Notes: a model not told the origin generated them from the sequence alone. A stretch of 54,890 bases of DNA from an uncultured virus (IMG/VR IMGVR_UViG_3300013127_000001) (IMGVR_UViG_3300013127_000001); one strand, 5' to 3'. Numbered from the stretch's first letter, positions 47,042 to 54,323 are shown. Translations and numbers: made by a program.

Positions 47042-47356
47042 TTACTGAAGATGTAACCGGTTAGGCAGTTGAAACTCTGCCAGAAGTCTTTGACACTTGC
47101 GTATAGTAATTTCCCCCAAATTGGGTACTGACGCAAGTTGTGTACCTGTGACCTGAGCTAAATCCCCCAGTGTGAAAATTTTTTGATTTTCAAGAGTGTT
47201 AACCACCCGAACGGGTAAGCCGACATCAGACAGCGTTACCTGATAAAGCTCTTTAATCCGACGACGTTCCTTTTCATCGTCGGACATGAATTCCAACCAC
47301 TCTGGATCTGGCTGTTTGCGTCTCTTACGCTTGGAGGGGCCTCCATGCACTTCCAT
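47042..47356 (-). CDS. Stand-alone RNA polymerase alpha C-terminal domain-like protein
   Basis: LSDVGLPVRVVNTLENQKIFTLGDL...LASVPNLGEIT matches the alpha-CTD HhH consensus. Confidence 0.85.
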   Translation of the reverse strand: MEVHGGPSKRKRRKQPDPEWLEFMSDDEKERRRIKELYQVTLSDVGLPVRVVNTLENQKIFTLGDLAQVTGTQLASVPNLGEITIRKCQRLLAEFQLPNRLHLQ

Positions 47357-47369
47357 TAGAAATTCTCCC

Positions 47370-47753
47370 TTAGACTTCGTCTTCTGCGGACCACGCTTTA
47401 AGTAAGTTATACACTTCTTCCACCGTGCTAACCATTACAAGCGGTCCAAACGCGTCTGTCGGAGCATCTCCCCAGCTAAGTCCGCCCGTTACCACAGCTC
47501 GCCAGTTCATTTCTGCTAGCTTCATATCCGAAGTGTCTCGCGTTTCGCACTGACTAGCCTCGCAAAACATGCAAGATTCAAACAGTACTTTTCTCGCTTC
47601 TGCTGGATCTTCTGTGTTGAAAACGTGGTACAGCTCTTCGTATTCAGCAAGCGCTTCATCTGAGATGTCATCAATTGCTTGCTGCAACGCGACTTTACGC
47701 TCATCTGTGGCTGTCCAAATCGGAGCTAACGCCCATAAAAAATTCGCACCCAT
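47370..47753 (-). CDS. Hypothetical phage protein
   Basis: 127-aa ORF with TGGLSWGDAPT. Confidence 0.65.
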   Translation of the reverse strand: MGANFLWALAPIWTATDERKVALQQAIDDISDEALAEYEELYHVFNTEDPAEARKVLFESCMFCEASQCETRDTSDMKLAEMNWRAVVTGGLSWGDAPTDAFGPLVMVSTVEEVYNLLKAWSAEDEV

Positions 47754-48061
47754 TGTTCACTCTCTATCTCTGTTGGTGGTTTAAGTTGCGTCCAAACTTC
47801 AGACATTGCACCTACAGCTTCTTCTTTTGATATGTGAAGAAGTGCAGCTCGCAGCGTTTCAGCGGCTTGACCTTGCTTGTCAAGCTTTCGGAACGTGTAA
47901 CTGTCACGATCGATTGCTTGTCGCCAGATACGCTTACCTGGTTCGCAAAGATACACATCAATTTCCCAATGTGGCCCTGAAGCAATGTAGTCACAAGAAA
48001 ACTTGACAACAATTTTGACTTTAGAACCGTCTTTTCGCTTTAAGATTTTTTCGTGTCGCAT
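47726..48061 (-). CDS. Hypothetical protein
   Basis: 111-aa ORF. Confidence 0.6.
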   Translation of the reverse strand: MRHEKILKRKDGSKVKIVVKFSCDYIASGPHWEIDVYLCEPGKRIWRQAIDRDSYTFRKLDKQGQAAETLRAALLHISKEEAVGAMSEVWTQLKPPTEIESEQWVRIFYGR

Positions 48062-48082
48062 GACTTGTCTTTCTTCTCTGAA

Positions 48083-48268
48083 TCATTTAACAGACTGCTT
48101 CTTTGGCCTACCAGCAGCAATGATCGGAGACTTCACTTTCAGCTTTTTAGCGATCGCATTCCTAACCCACTGATAAACACTAATACCCTCCCTCTCCGCC
48201 GCTTCGTCAACCAATGGCTGCAATTCACCAAGAAAAAGCGTAATTCTTTTAGATTTAACTCGCTTCAT
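48083..48268 (-). CDS. Ribbon-helix-helix-like DNA-binding protein
   Basis: KRITLFL...AAEREGISVYQWVRNAI. Confidence 0.65.
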   Translation of the reverse strand: MKRVKSKRITLFLGELQPLVDEAAEREGISVYQWVRNAIAKKLKVKSPIIAAGRPKKQSVK

Positions 48269-48587
48269 GTAAGTTGTCCCCTAGCGAAAGCGGAGGTGTA
48301 AATTTCCAAATGTGTAACTCTGAGAATCCAACAGGCAGGCGAACACCGGTGTCTTGAAACACTGTCGGCATCAAGTTCAACAGTTGTTCTACCCAGCCTG
48401 AGTTTTCATTGTATGTCTTTACAGCAATTTCACCTGGTTTGAGTGGATAGTCTGTATTGACACTGATTCGACCAAAAGGCCCATCTTCTCCGTTAGCAAA
48501 CACAGCCAGCTTTCCGTTGTGAAAGTGGCCAACTGCAATTGTGATTTCGACTTCTTCGCCATCACAAAAAGTAAGAACTGTTTTCAT
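48255..48587 (-). CDS. Hypothetical protein (DUF4313-like)
   Basis: GPFGRISVN...KTYNEN...TG...GF pattern. Start MKTVLT at 48587. Confidence 0.6.
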   Translation of the reverse strand: MKTVLTFCDGEEVEITIAVGHFHNGKLAVFANGEDGPFGRISVNTDYPLKPGEIAVKTYNENSGWVEQLLNLMPTVFQDTGVRLPVGFSELHIWKFTPPLSLGDNLHEAS

Positions 48588-48600
48588 TTGTTCCTTTCTC

Positions 48601-48891
48601 TTAAACTCCATACAAGATGTGTTTGATTTGATCGTACTCGTAGTACTGCATATCAATTGAAATGCCTTTTTCTTCTTGAACACAAAACCGCAGCATTTCT
48701 AGCGCGGCAGGGTGTTCTTCTTTTACTGTAGCAACTACTTTGGTTAAAAACTCCATGTCACTTTCAGGAATGCTGTCCCAAAGGTTGTGATAGAAACACT
48801 CGTAGTCATCGTAAATTCGATAACCGTAAGTTACGACTTTGCTTCGGACGTTGTGAAACTCGGTCGGAATGATTTCGACAATGTTCGACAT
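48601..48891 (-). CDS. Hypothetical protein
   Basis: 96-aa ORF. Confidence 0.6.
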   Translation of the reverse strand: MSNIVEIIPTEFHNVRSKVVTYGYRIYDDYECFYHNLWDSIPESDMEFLTKVVATVKEEHPAALEMLRFCVQEEKGISIDMQYYEYDQIKHILYGV

Positions 48892-48896
48892 TGTGT

Positions 48897-49205
48897 TTAC
48901 CCTGTATAAGGAAACATGAACAAAACATACTTATGACCAAAAATTGTCACGGTATAATAATTGCCGTCGTGCAGTCTTTGCAGCGTTGGCATAAGGTCTT
49001 TTTCCATTGCGGTATCTTTCATCCTCAGCATCCCGTCTGCGTCGTCGTAATAAACACGATACGCTTCTAAATGATGATAGCTACCGTCAATTACCACTGT
49101 AGTTAGTAATCTGTCTAGCTTAGCATCTTCGTTCTTAATGTCGGTCCAACCGACAGGACGCCAAGCTGTTTCAGGAATTTCTAACTTTACAAAGTTGCTT
49201 GCCAT
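48897..49205 (-). CDS. Hypothetical protein
   Basis: Start MASNFV at 49205 after GAGG. Confidence 0.6.
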   Translation of the reverse strand: MASNFVKLEIPETAWRPVGWTDIKNEDAKLDRLLTTVVIDGSYHHLEAYRVYYDDADGMLRMKDTAMEKDLMPTLQRLHDGNYYTVTIFGHKYVLFMFPYTG

Positions 49206-49207
49206 AA

Positions 49208-49441
49208 TTACCTCGACAAATTTACAGAAGACCAACTAAAAGAAGCACGTTTTTTGGCAAACTCAGCGTCTTCTAACGCGCGCTGCCATCGAAAATGATC
49301 ATCAGGCCAACCTTTATCTTCAAAGATTGTCAGTGCGTGCTTGCACTCAGCAATGATCTTGTCGTGGTTGCCTTCGTTAAGTACTCGAGTTAACCTTCGT
49401 TTGAGATTGGAATACTCGCGTTGTGTTAATGTCCAAGTCAT
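49208..49441 (-). CDS. Hypothetical phage protein
   Basis: 77-aa ORF with GWPDDHFRWQRA. Confidence 0.6.
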   Translation of the reverse strand: MTWTLTQREYSNLKRRLTRVLNEGNHDKIIAECKHALTIFEDKGWPDDHFRWQRALEDAEFAKKRASFSWSSVNLSR

Positions 49442-49446
49442 TTGAG

Positions 49447-49749
49447 TTAAACCTTGTTGCGAATTTCATCTGCGGACAAGAAACCAATAACTACTGACGT
49501 GTCGCTGGCTAGGCCGCGGGGACTGAAAGGGTGATCTGGAATGGTTTTGAACGTGTTGTTCGGACCGTAAGGTATAATTACACGAGAACCGAACCAGCTT
49601 GAATCCATCAAAGCTGCTTCACCCATGAACCAACCATCGCACTGATGTTGTGCGAGTTGGTTACGTAGGATGTCTAGCAGCTTGTCTGGTGTTGACTGTT
49701 GTGTTTCGCAGTACTTGGCTGCAAAAACAGAAAATGGCATCTGTTCCAT
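49447..49749 (-). CDS. Hypothetical protein
   Basis: 100-aa ORF. Confidence 0.6.
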   Translation of the reverse strand: MEQMPFSVFAAKYCETQQSTPDKLLDILRNQLAQHQCDGWFMGEAALMDSSWFGSRVIIPYGPNNTFKTIPDHPFSPRGLASDTSVVIGFLSADEIRNKV

Positions 49750-50045
49750 TACTTATTGCCTTTGCTGTAAAGCTGTTCGTAATCAATCACGCTCAGCGTT
49801 TTAGGTAATTGTTGATCCAACGTGTTCTTTGCCTGAACTAGCACGGCCATTGCTACAAACTCACGCCAGCTCATGTTGCAAGCAAGTGCTGCGGTTTGCA
49901 CTACAGCTACGTGCTTGGGTGTCAAAAAGAACGTCAGCGGTTTTGAGCGGTTAATCGCGCGTACTGAGTCTGCGGAAAACTCATTAAAGTTAGGGTCTAC
50001 GTTTACGACAGTGTTTTTCTTTTTGGTCACGATGTGATACCTCAA
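49749..50045 (-). CDS. Hypothetical protein
   Basis: 98-aa ORF; start uncertain. Confidence 0.5.
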   Translation of the reverse strand: MRYHIVTKKKNTVVNVDPNFNEFSADSVRAINRSKPLTFFLTPKHVAVVQTAALACNMSWREFVAMAVLVQAKNTLDQQLPKTLSVIDYEQLYSKGNK

Positions 50046-50055
50046 TTCCGGAATT
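50044..50055. promoter_or_regulatory. Palindrome AATTCCGGAATT, copy 3
   Basis: Perfect palindrome between a terminator and the next gene. Confidence 0.55.
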
Positions 50056-50063
50056 TAGAATAC

Positions 50064-50097
50064 AAAAAAAAAAGCCGGGCAGAACGCCTGCCCGGCT
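50064..50097 (-). terminator. Rho-independent terminator downstream of array 4
   Basis: gccgggcag-N5-ctgcccggc stem with an A10 run on its left side. Confidence 0.85.
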
Positions 50098-50163
50098 CGT
50101 GTAAAACTTGTCAACAACTAAACGCAGATTAGCTGTTTTTGACTTCGATCGGTGGTTTGCCGT

Positions 50164-50343
50164 CCCTCAGTGAATCTAAGTTCTTATCTTCACTTCAGGG
50201 GATCGTTCCGCAGCACAACACGCATGAACCAGTTACCCTCAATGAATCTAAGTTCTTATCTTCACTTCAGGGTGTAAGCAGGCTGTGAACGACCAATTGG
50301 CTTTAGCCCCTCAATGAATCTAAGTTCTTATCTTCACTTCAGG
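50164..50343 (-). CRISPR. CRISPR array 4: 3 repeats, 2 spacers (36 nt)
   Basis: Repeats at 50164, 50236 and 50308. Confidence 0.96.
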
Positions 50344-50478
50344 GGCCATCAGGTTTGACCCTGAATATCCCTGACTTTTAATGGCATTCTGCGAGGCATT
50401 AAATCACTCGAAGTGTTTAGCCCCTCGCTGTCGGCTTGAAGGTAGCCATCTCTAAACGTATCTTAAGACACGTCTAGG
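50344..50478 (-). ncRNA. Structured scaffold, copy 4
   Basis: Homologous scaffold with a compensatory GGCU/AGCC stem. Confidence 0.75.
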
Positions 50479-50487
50479 TGATAGCAT

Positions 50488-50515
50488 ATTGTGACTACAA
50501 CTTCATCCTAGTCAA
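50488..50515 (-). promoter_or_regulatory. Putative sigma70-type promoter for scaffold/array 4
   Basis: TTGACT-N16-CACAAT, homologous to 51133-51160. Confidence 0.5.
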
Positions 50516-50822
50516 GGTCAAGCGGTTTTGCTTTAGCAATGACCAATCGTGACCAACAGATGTCACACATTGGATGTTCTACGTCCGCCTTGTCGCACTC
50601 GCACTCCATGCCACTGACCATAGCGTTGAGCCGCTCTAGCAGTTCCGGTGCTGCCGCAATGAGGCGGGAATTAGCCTTGCGCTCATTCTCCGGCCTAGAT
50701 TCGCAGCTGTCGTTTGAGATGTAAGCAACATCCCAATTTTCTCCCTCGACATTAGCAAGTATTACGTCAGATCCATTTGGGCCGTCGTCATAAATTGCCC
50801 ACGGTCCCGGTGTATGACTCAT
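50508..50822 (-). CDS. HTPGPW-family small phage protein
   Basis: MSHTPGPW...ANSRLIAAAPELL...IAKA. Confidence 0.75.
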   Translation of the reverse strand: MSHTPGPWAIYDDGPNGSDVILANVEGENWDVAYISNDSCESRPENERKANSRLIAAAPELLERLNAMVSGMECECDKADVEHPMCDICWSRLVIAKAKPLDLD

Positions 50823-50823
50823 T

Positions 50824-51117
50824 TCACTCTCTCCTCCCCTCTGCTTTAGCGATAGCGGCAGCCCCAGCCTGTTCGCATTTTTTTGCTTGGCGATAAGCGG
50901 CCATGTCAGGGTAGTCGTTAGGGTCGTCGCTAACGATATTGACAAGACCTATTAGTGCAGCTAACAGTTCCGGTGCTGCGGCAATGAGGTGGGCAGAGCA
51001 GTCAATGACGTTAAATGCGACCGGCTCCTCGGGCGAATCAATCCGCACTCCATTGTCATACTCGTTGCCATCATCGTCCTCGTATGCAATCGTCCACGGT
51101 TCCGGTGTGTGATTCAT
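50824..51117 (-). CDS. HTPGPW-family small phage protein (tandem paralog)
   Basis: MNHTPEPW...AHLIAAAPELL...AIAKAEG; AAGGAG RBS. Confidence 0.75.
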   Translation of the reverse strand: MNHTPEPWTIAYEDDDGNEYDNGVRIDSPEEPVAFNVIDCSAHLIAAAPELLAALIGLVNIVSDDPNDYPDMAAYRQAKKCEQAGAAAIAKAEGRRE

Positions 51118-51132
51118 TTTTTGACTCCTTGA

Positions 51133-51160
51133 TTGACTAGGATTAAATTGTAGTTACAAT
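51133..51160 (+). promoter_or_regulatory. Putative sigma70-type promoter for scaffold/array 5
   Basis: TTGACT-N16-TACAAT ending 9 nt upstream of the scaffold start. Confidence 0.6.
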
Positions 51161-51169
51161 AGGCCATCA

Positions 51170-51304
51170 CCTAGACGTGTCTTAAGATACGTTTAGAGAT
51201 GGCCACCTTCAGGCCGACGGCGATGGGTTAAACACTTCGAGTGATTTAGTCCATCGCAGAATGCCACTAAAAGTCAGGGATATTCAGGGTCAAACCTGAT
51301 GGCC
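51170..51304 (+). ncRNA. Structured scaffold, copy 5 (opposite orientation)
   Basis: Reverse complement of the other scaffold copies. Confidence 0.75.
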
Positions 51305-51413
51305 CCTGAAGTGAAGATAAGAACTTAGATTCATTGAGGGCAGACAGTCGTCCGACCGCCTGAGCTACGATACCAGGCTTGAAGTGAAAATAAGAACTTA
51401 GATTCACTGAGGG
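51305..51413 (+). CRISPR. CRISPR mini-array 5: 2 repeats, 1 spacer (37 nt)
   Basis: Repeats at 51305-51340 and 51378-51413; the distal one carries 2 substitutions. Confidence 0.95.
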
Positions 51414-51463
51414 AAGGCAAATATGAGTAACGAACAAAGTTGCACTACAGATTAAATTTGCCT

Positions 51464-52147
51464 TCAAGTGTGAATTGACCAAAAAGTCGGTTTGTTGCTA
51501 ACAAGCACTGAAAAGGTTTCACCTGCCCCAGGCCCGTGATAAATCAAACCGCCGTTGTAGCCACGACAGTAATAGAACTGACGAAAACGATTACCGCAGT
51601 AACGCGTTTCGGTAAGTTCGTTGGAATATGGCTCGCGATCATTTAGCCGTTCAAGGATGTTCAATTCTTTAACGACTGCTTGGTGTGCCGTTCCATCAGA
51701 CTGACTGATGGGTCGATTTTCGTCGTGCTTTGCTTGATGAAACTTCAAGCGTTCGTTGTATCGATCCGGTGAAACCAGGAAGTAACTCAGAAACGAAAAC
51801 GAATGCAAACAACCATCGTCGTGCAGCACGGTTTTTCGTGACGGCAGTTTGACTGTTTCGTACTTGTTGTCGCCTGTGTTTATCTCAACCTCAATGTCGT
51901 GTCCTGCCAGGTGTTCCATTTGCAAATACAGGTCGTTAAGCATTGCCGCGGCTAGTTCTTCCTTTTCAGCGTGCTTAAGTGCAAGGATGTATCCTGCGAT
52001 GCTTGACAGCCGTTGAAAACCAGACTCAGTAAACAACGTAGTTCTTTTCCATTGCTCGCACCACCGATGTAGATGTCGATACATGGAGTTTTCTAGCAGC
52101 TCAAATCGCTTTGCAGTTTCTTCTGCTTGTACTTCATTAGTTCGCAT
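51464..52147 (-). CDS. Hypothetical phage protein
   Basis: 227-aa ORF ending YNGGLIYHG...WSIHT. Confidence 0.7.
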   Translation of the reverse strand: MRTNEVQAEETAKRFELLENSMYRHLHRWCEQWKRTTLFTESGFQRLSSIAGYILALKHAEKEELAAAMLNDLYLQMEHLAGHDIEVEINTGDNKYETVKLPSRKTVLHDDGCLHSFSFLSYFLVSPDRYNERLKFHQAKHDENRPISQSDGTAHQAVVKELNILERLNDREPYSNELTETRYCGNRFRQFYYCRGYNGGLIYHGPGAGETFSVLVSNKPTFWSIHT

Positions 52148-52279
52148 GATTGTTTTCCTCTAAGTATTCTTTCTCAGCATCTTTACGACGCCAGCTTGAT
52201 TCTGAACAGGATTCAATTGCTAAAACGATTAGCGCAAGAATCAAAAACAAAATTAGGACTGCTCCTGGTTTTTCGCTAC

Positions 52280-52492
52280 TCAAGACTTTTCCTCCGGAAT
52301 GTCGTATGTGTCGCAAATTCCAAAAGCTTCTGCGGCTTCATTTGGTTCTTCAACCAAAAATGCTATGCGTTTCAGTAACGCAGCAAGAACCATTTGACGA
52401 CCTTGCGCTGAATCCAACAAGGATTCTGCGTCTGGAAAACTATGCTCAACAGAAAACGCAATATCGAGCATAGTGTTGTACTTGAAAGCCAT
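52280..52492 (-). CDS. Small hypothetical protein
   Basis: 70-aa ORF in operon. Confidence 0.6.
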   Translation of the reverse strand: MAFKYNTMLDIAFSVEHSFPDAESLLDSAQGRQMVLAALLKRIAFLVEEPNEAAEAFGICDTYDIPEEKS

Positions 52493-52495
52493 GAT

Positions 52496-52798
52496 TTAAC
52501 CCTTTACCAGCTGACAGCACTTGAGAGGAACTCGACTTGACGGCACAAATGGTTTGTCTTTGTCTTTTTCCAATTTAACAGTGACAGTTGTTCGATTTAC
52601 GGCTGTTACTGTTGCACGCGCACCGTTTAGATGCTGAGGTCGGATGTTGTACAACGTAACCGTATCTCCAATTTGAACGGTGTACGACATGTGCTTAGCC
52701 ACAACGTCTCGTCGGTTGTTGATGTGCGAGATTATGTCAAGCAAATTGTCATCTAACTCGCCGGTAACGATGGCCGTAACTACTGTTTTGTAATCCAT
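52496..52798 (-). CDS. Small protein with an SH3/KOW-like C-terminus
   Basis: QIGDTV...ATVTAVNRTTVTV. Confidence 0.6.
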   Translation of the reverse strand: MDYKTVVTAIVTGELDDNLLDIISHINNRRDVVAKHMSYTVQIGDTVTLYNIRPQHLNGARATVTAVNRTTVTVKLEKDKDKPFVPSSRVPLKCCQLVKG

Positions 52799-52811
52799 AA
52801 GTATTACCCTT

Positions 52812-52841
52812 AAAAAAAAACCCGCAGGAAATCCTGCGGGC
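52812..52841 (-). terminator. Rho-independent terminator
   Basis: cccgcagga-aa-tcctgcggg stem with an A9 run on its left side. Confidence 0.8.
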
Positions 52842-52869
52842 TACGAAGTGATACAAACAACAGAGTGGT

Positions 52870-53403
52870 TTACCGAAACCACTCTTCTTTCTCTCTGAAG
52901 ATACTGCTGGCTCGAGGTAAACCTTGGCCGTAGTACTTTCCGTTGTAAAGTGTGGCTTGGTCTGGGTTACACCGCATAAAGAATATCTGGCAAATCCGCA
53001 TGTTTGCGTAAACTCTGACAGGCTGAATGCAAGAAACTTCTAACGTCCATGTTCCTAAAAACCCAACATCACCAAATCCGGCAGTAGCATGAATACTAAT
53101 GCCTAGACGACCGACAGAAGAACGCCCTTCGATTCCCGGCACATAGACATTGCCGCCAGTCATTTCTCGCGTGCACATCAAATACAACTTGCCGGGTTCA
53201 AGCAGCAAGCCGCATTTATCAATTTCAAATCTGCTAATAGCAGGTTCAACTGCGGCATCCAGGTATGGGTTTTCATAGACTGCAACGTGCGGAGCTAAAC
53301 GCAAGTCGTAGCTGTTTGGACCCAACTGCGCAGTATCAAACGGATCAATGACGATGTCACCACAATCAACCGCAGTAGCAATATCGTTGCCAGTCAAAAT
53401 CAT
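52870..53403 (-). CDS. dcd: dCTP deaminase
   Basis: PNSYDLRL, EGRSSVGRLG, TAGFGDVGF.GTWTLE, RICQ and Y.GKY..Q motifs. Confidence 0.93.
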   Translation of the reverse strand: MILTGNDIATAVDCGDIVIDPFDTAQLGPNSYDLRLAPHVAVYENPYLDAAVEPAISRFEIDKCGLLLEPGKLYLMCTREMTGGNVYVPGIEGRSSVGRLGISIHATAGFGDVGFLGTWTLEVSCIQPVRVYANMRICQIFFMRCNPDQATLYNGKYYGQGLPRASSIFREKEEWFR

Positions 53404-53579
53404 TTAGCTGCTTCTTTCTCGGTAGTTGTTTCTGCGGGCACAATCCGGACCGCAAAATCGTCATGATTTAAGTTAATTGACGCACCAGCCATGACACGTT
53501 CAGCTTTTCTGTCGTTCATTGGACCCATGCGTTTACAAACTTCGTTTGTAGCTTTGTTGTAAATTTCAACAAGTACCAT
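53400..53579 (-). CDS. Small hypothetical protein
   Basis: Start MVLVEIY at 53579, after the RBS in the half-attC. Confidence 0.6.
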   Translation of the reverse strand: MVLVEIYNKATNEVCKRMGPMNDRKAERVMAGASINLNHDDFAVRIVPAETTTEKEAAK

Positions 53580-53589
53580 TTTTGTTAAC

Positions 53590-53625
53590 TCTTTCCTTTC
53601 GGCTCGGTGAATCCGAGCGTTATGC
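53590..53625 (-). repeat. Truncated (left-half) attC-like site
   Basis: 32-bp identity (53590-53621) with 53861-53892; begins with the inverse core GCATAAC; no partner arm seen. Confidence 0.65.
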
Positions 53626-53853
53626 GTTTCTTGCCAACCACCGTTTAAGTGCGTTCCGATACCTGCGAGGATGCAGCGCAACGCCATAAGCGTTATGAGA
53701 CACACCTTCATAACATTGCTGACACGTTGCGCCATCTAATCTACTGCCCAACCCAAAGTAGTTGTCGAGATACCAGGCAATCTTGCGAACACGATTACAC
53801 AAGCAACAACGCACAACCACGGATTGCACCGAAGCCTCGTTTGTCTCGCTCAT
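53620..53853 (-). CDS. Cassette-borne small Cys-rich protein
   Basis: MSETNEASV..., two CxxC motifs; TAA stop inside the inverse core site. Confidence 0.6.
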   Translation of the reverse strand: MSETNEASVQSVVVRCCLCNRVRKIAWYLDNYFGLGSRLDGATCQQCYEGVSHNAYGVALHPRRYRNALKRWLARNA

Positions 53854-53896
53854 CTTGTTATCTTTCCTTTCGGCTCGGTGAATCCGAGCGTTCACA
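53811..53896 (-). mobile_element. attC-like recombination site (86 bp)
   Basis: TGTGAAC-GCT-CGGATT-CACCGA-GCC...GGC-T-TCGGTG-C-AATCCG-TG-GTTGTGC: paired arms with two extrahelical bases. Confidence 0.75.
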
Positions 53897-54323
53897 CGAC
53901 CTTACGCAACGCTGCTTTCACCGCGTTAATCGTTTGGTCGTACATATCCTGCACTTCGCCGTACGTCATATTCTGATTGTCCATATCGTGCCAAGCGACA
54001 ATCTTCCGCAACGCTTCTGCCATCACTGGCACAGAAGCGATTAACTCCGCGTCTTCGTTCCACGATTCGCGATACGGGTTGACCACCGCGATCTCGTTTC
54101 CATCCTGATCTACGATCAAACAACGCGGCTTGCCCCTCGCCTCGTCGCACATGATTTTCCACGGGCCTGGCGTTGGCTTTTCTGTCATCCCAAATACTCC
54201 TGTCCCGTTGCATCGATAGCAACGAAATCCCCAATTCTTGCCGGTTCCTTCGCACGTCCAACACTTCGGCGTGTGAACAATGCCATGAACCGGAGCCTCA
54301 TTAACGTCGTTTGGTTTGGTCAT
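53892..54323 (-). CDS. Cassette-borne protein: DnaJ-type Zn ribbon plus TPGPW domain
   Basis: CWTCEGTG...CYRCNGTG, then PTPGPW...DAELIASVP. Confidence 0.65.
   Translation of the reverse strand: MTKPNDVNEAPVHGIVHTPKCWTCEGTGKNWGFRCYRCNGTGVFGMTEKPTPGPWKIMCDEARGKPRCLIVDQDGNEIAVVNPYRESWNEDAELIASVPVMAEALRKIVAWHDMDNQNMTYGEVQDMYDQTINAVKAALRKVV

Noticed and set aside
18706..51377. Self-targeting spacers
   Set aside because: No protospacer was noticed in this window by eye; this is not exhaustive and needs an alignment search.
18670..51413. TIGR-type array interpretation of the 36-nt repeats
   Set aside because: Units are one invariant 36-nt repeat plus one ~36-nt unique spacer, not alternating short repeats with two ~9-nt spacers.
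51267..51482. 71-aa ORF across array 5
   Set aside because: Read-through of repeats and scaffold.
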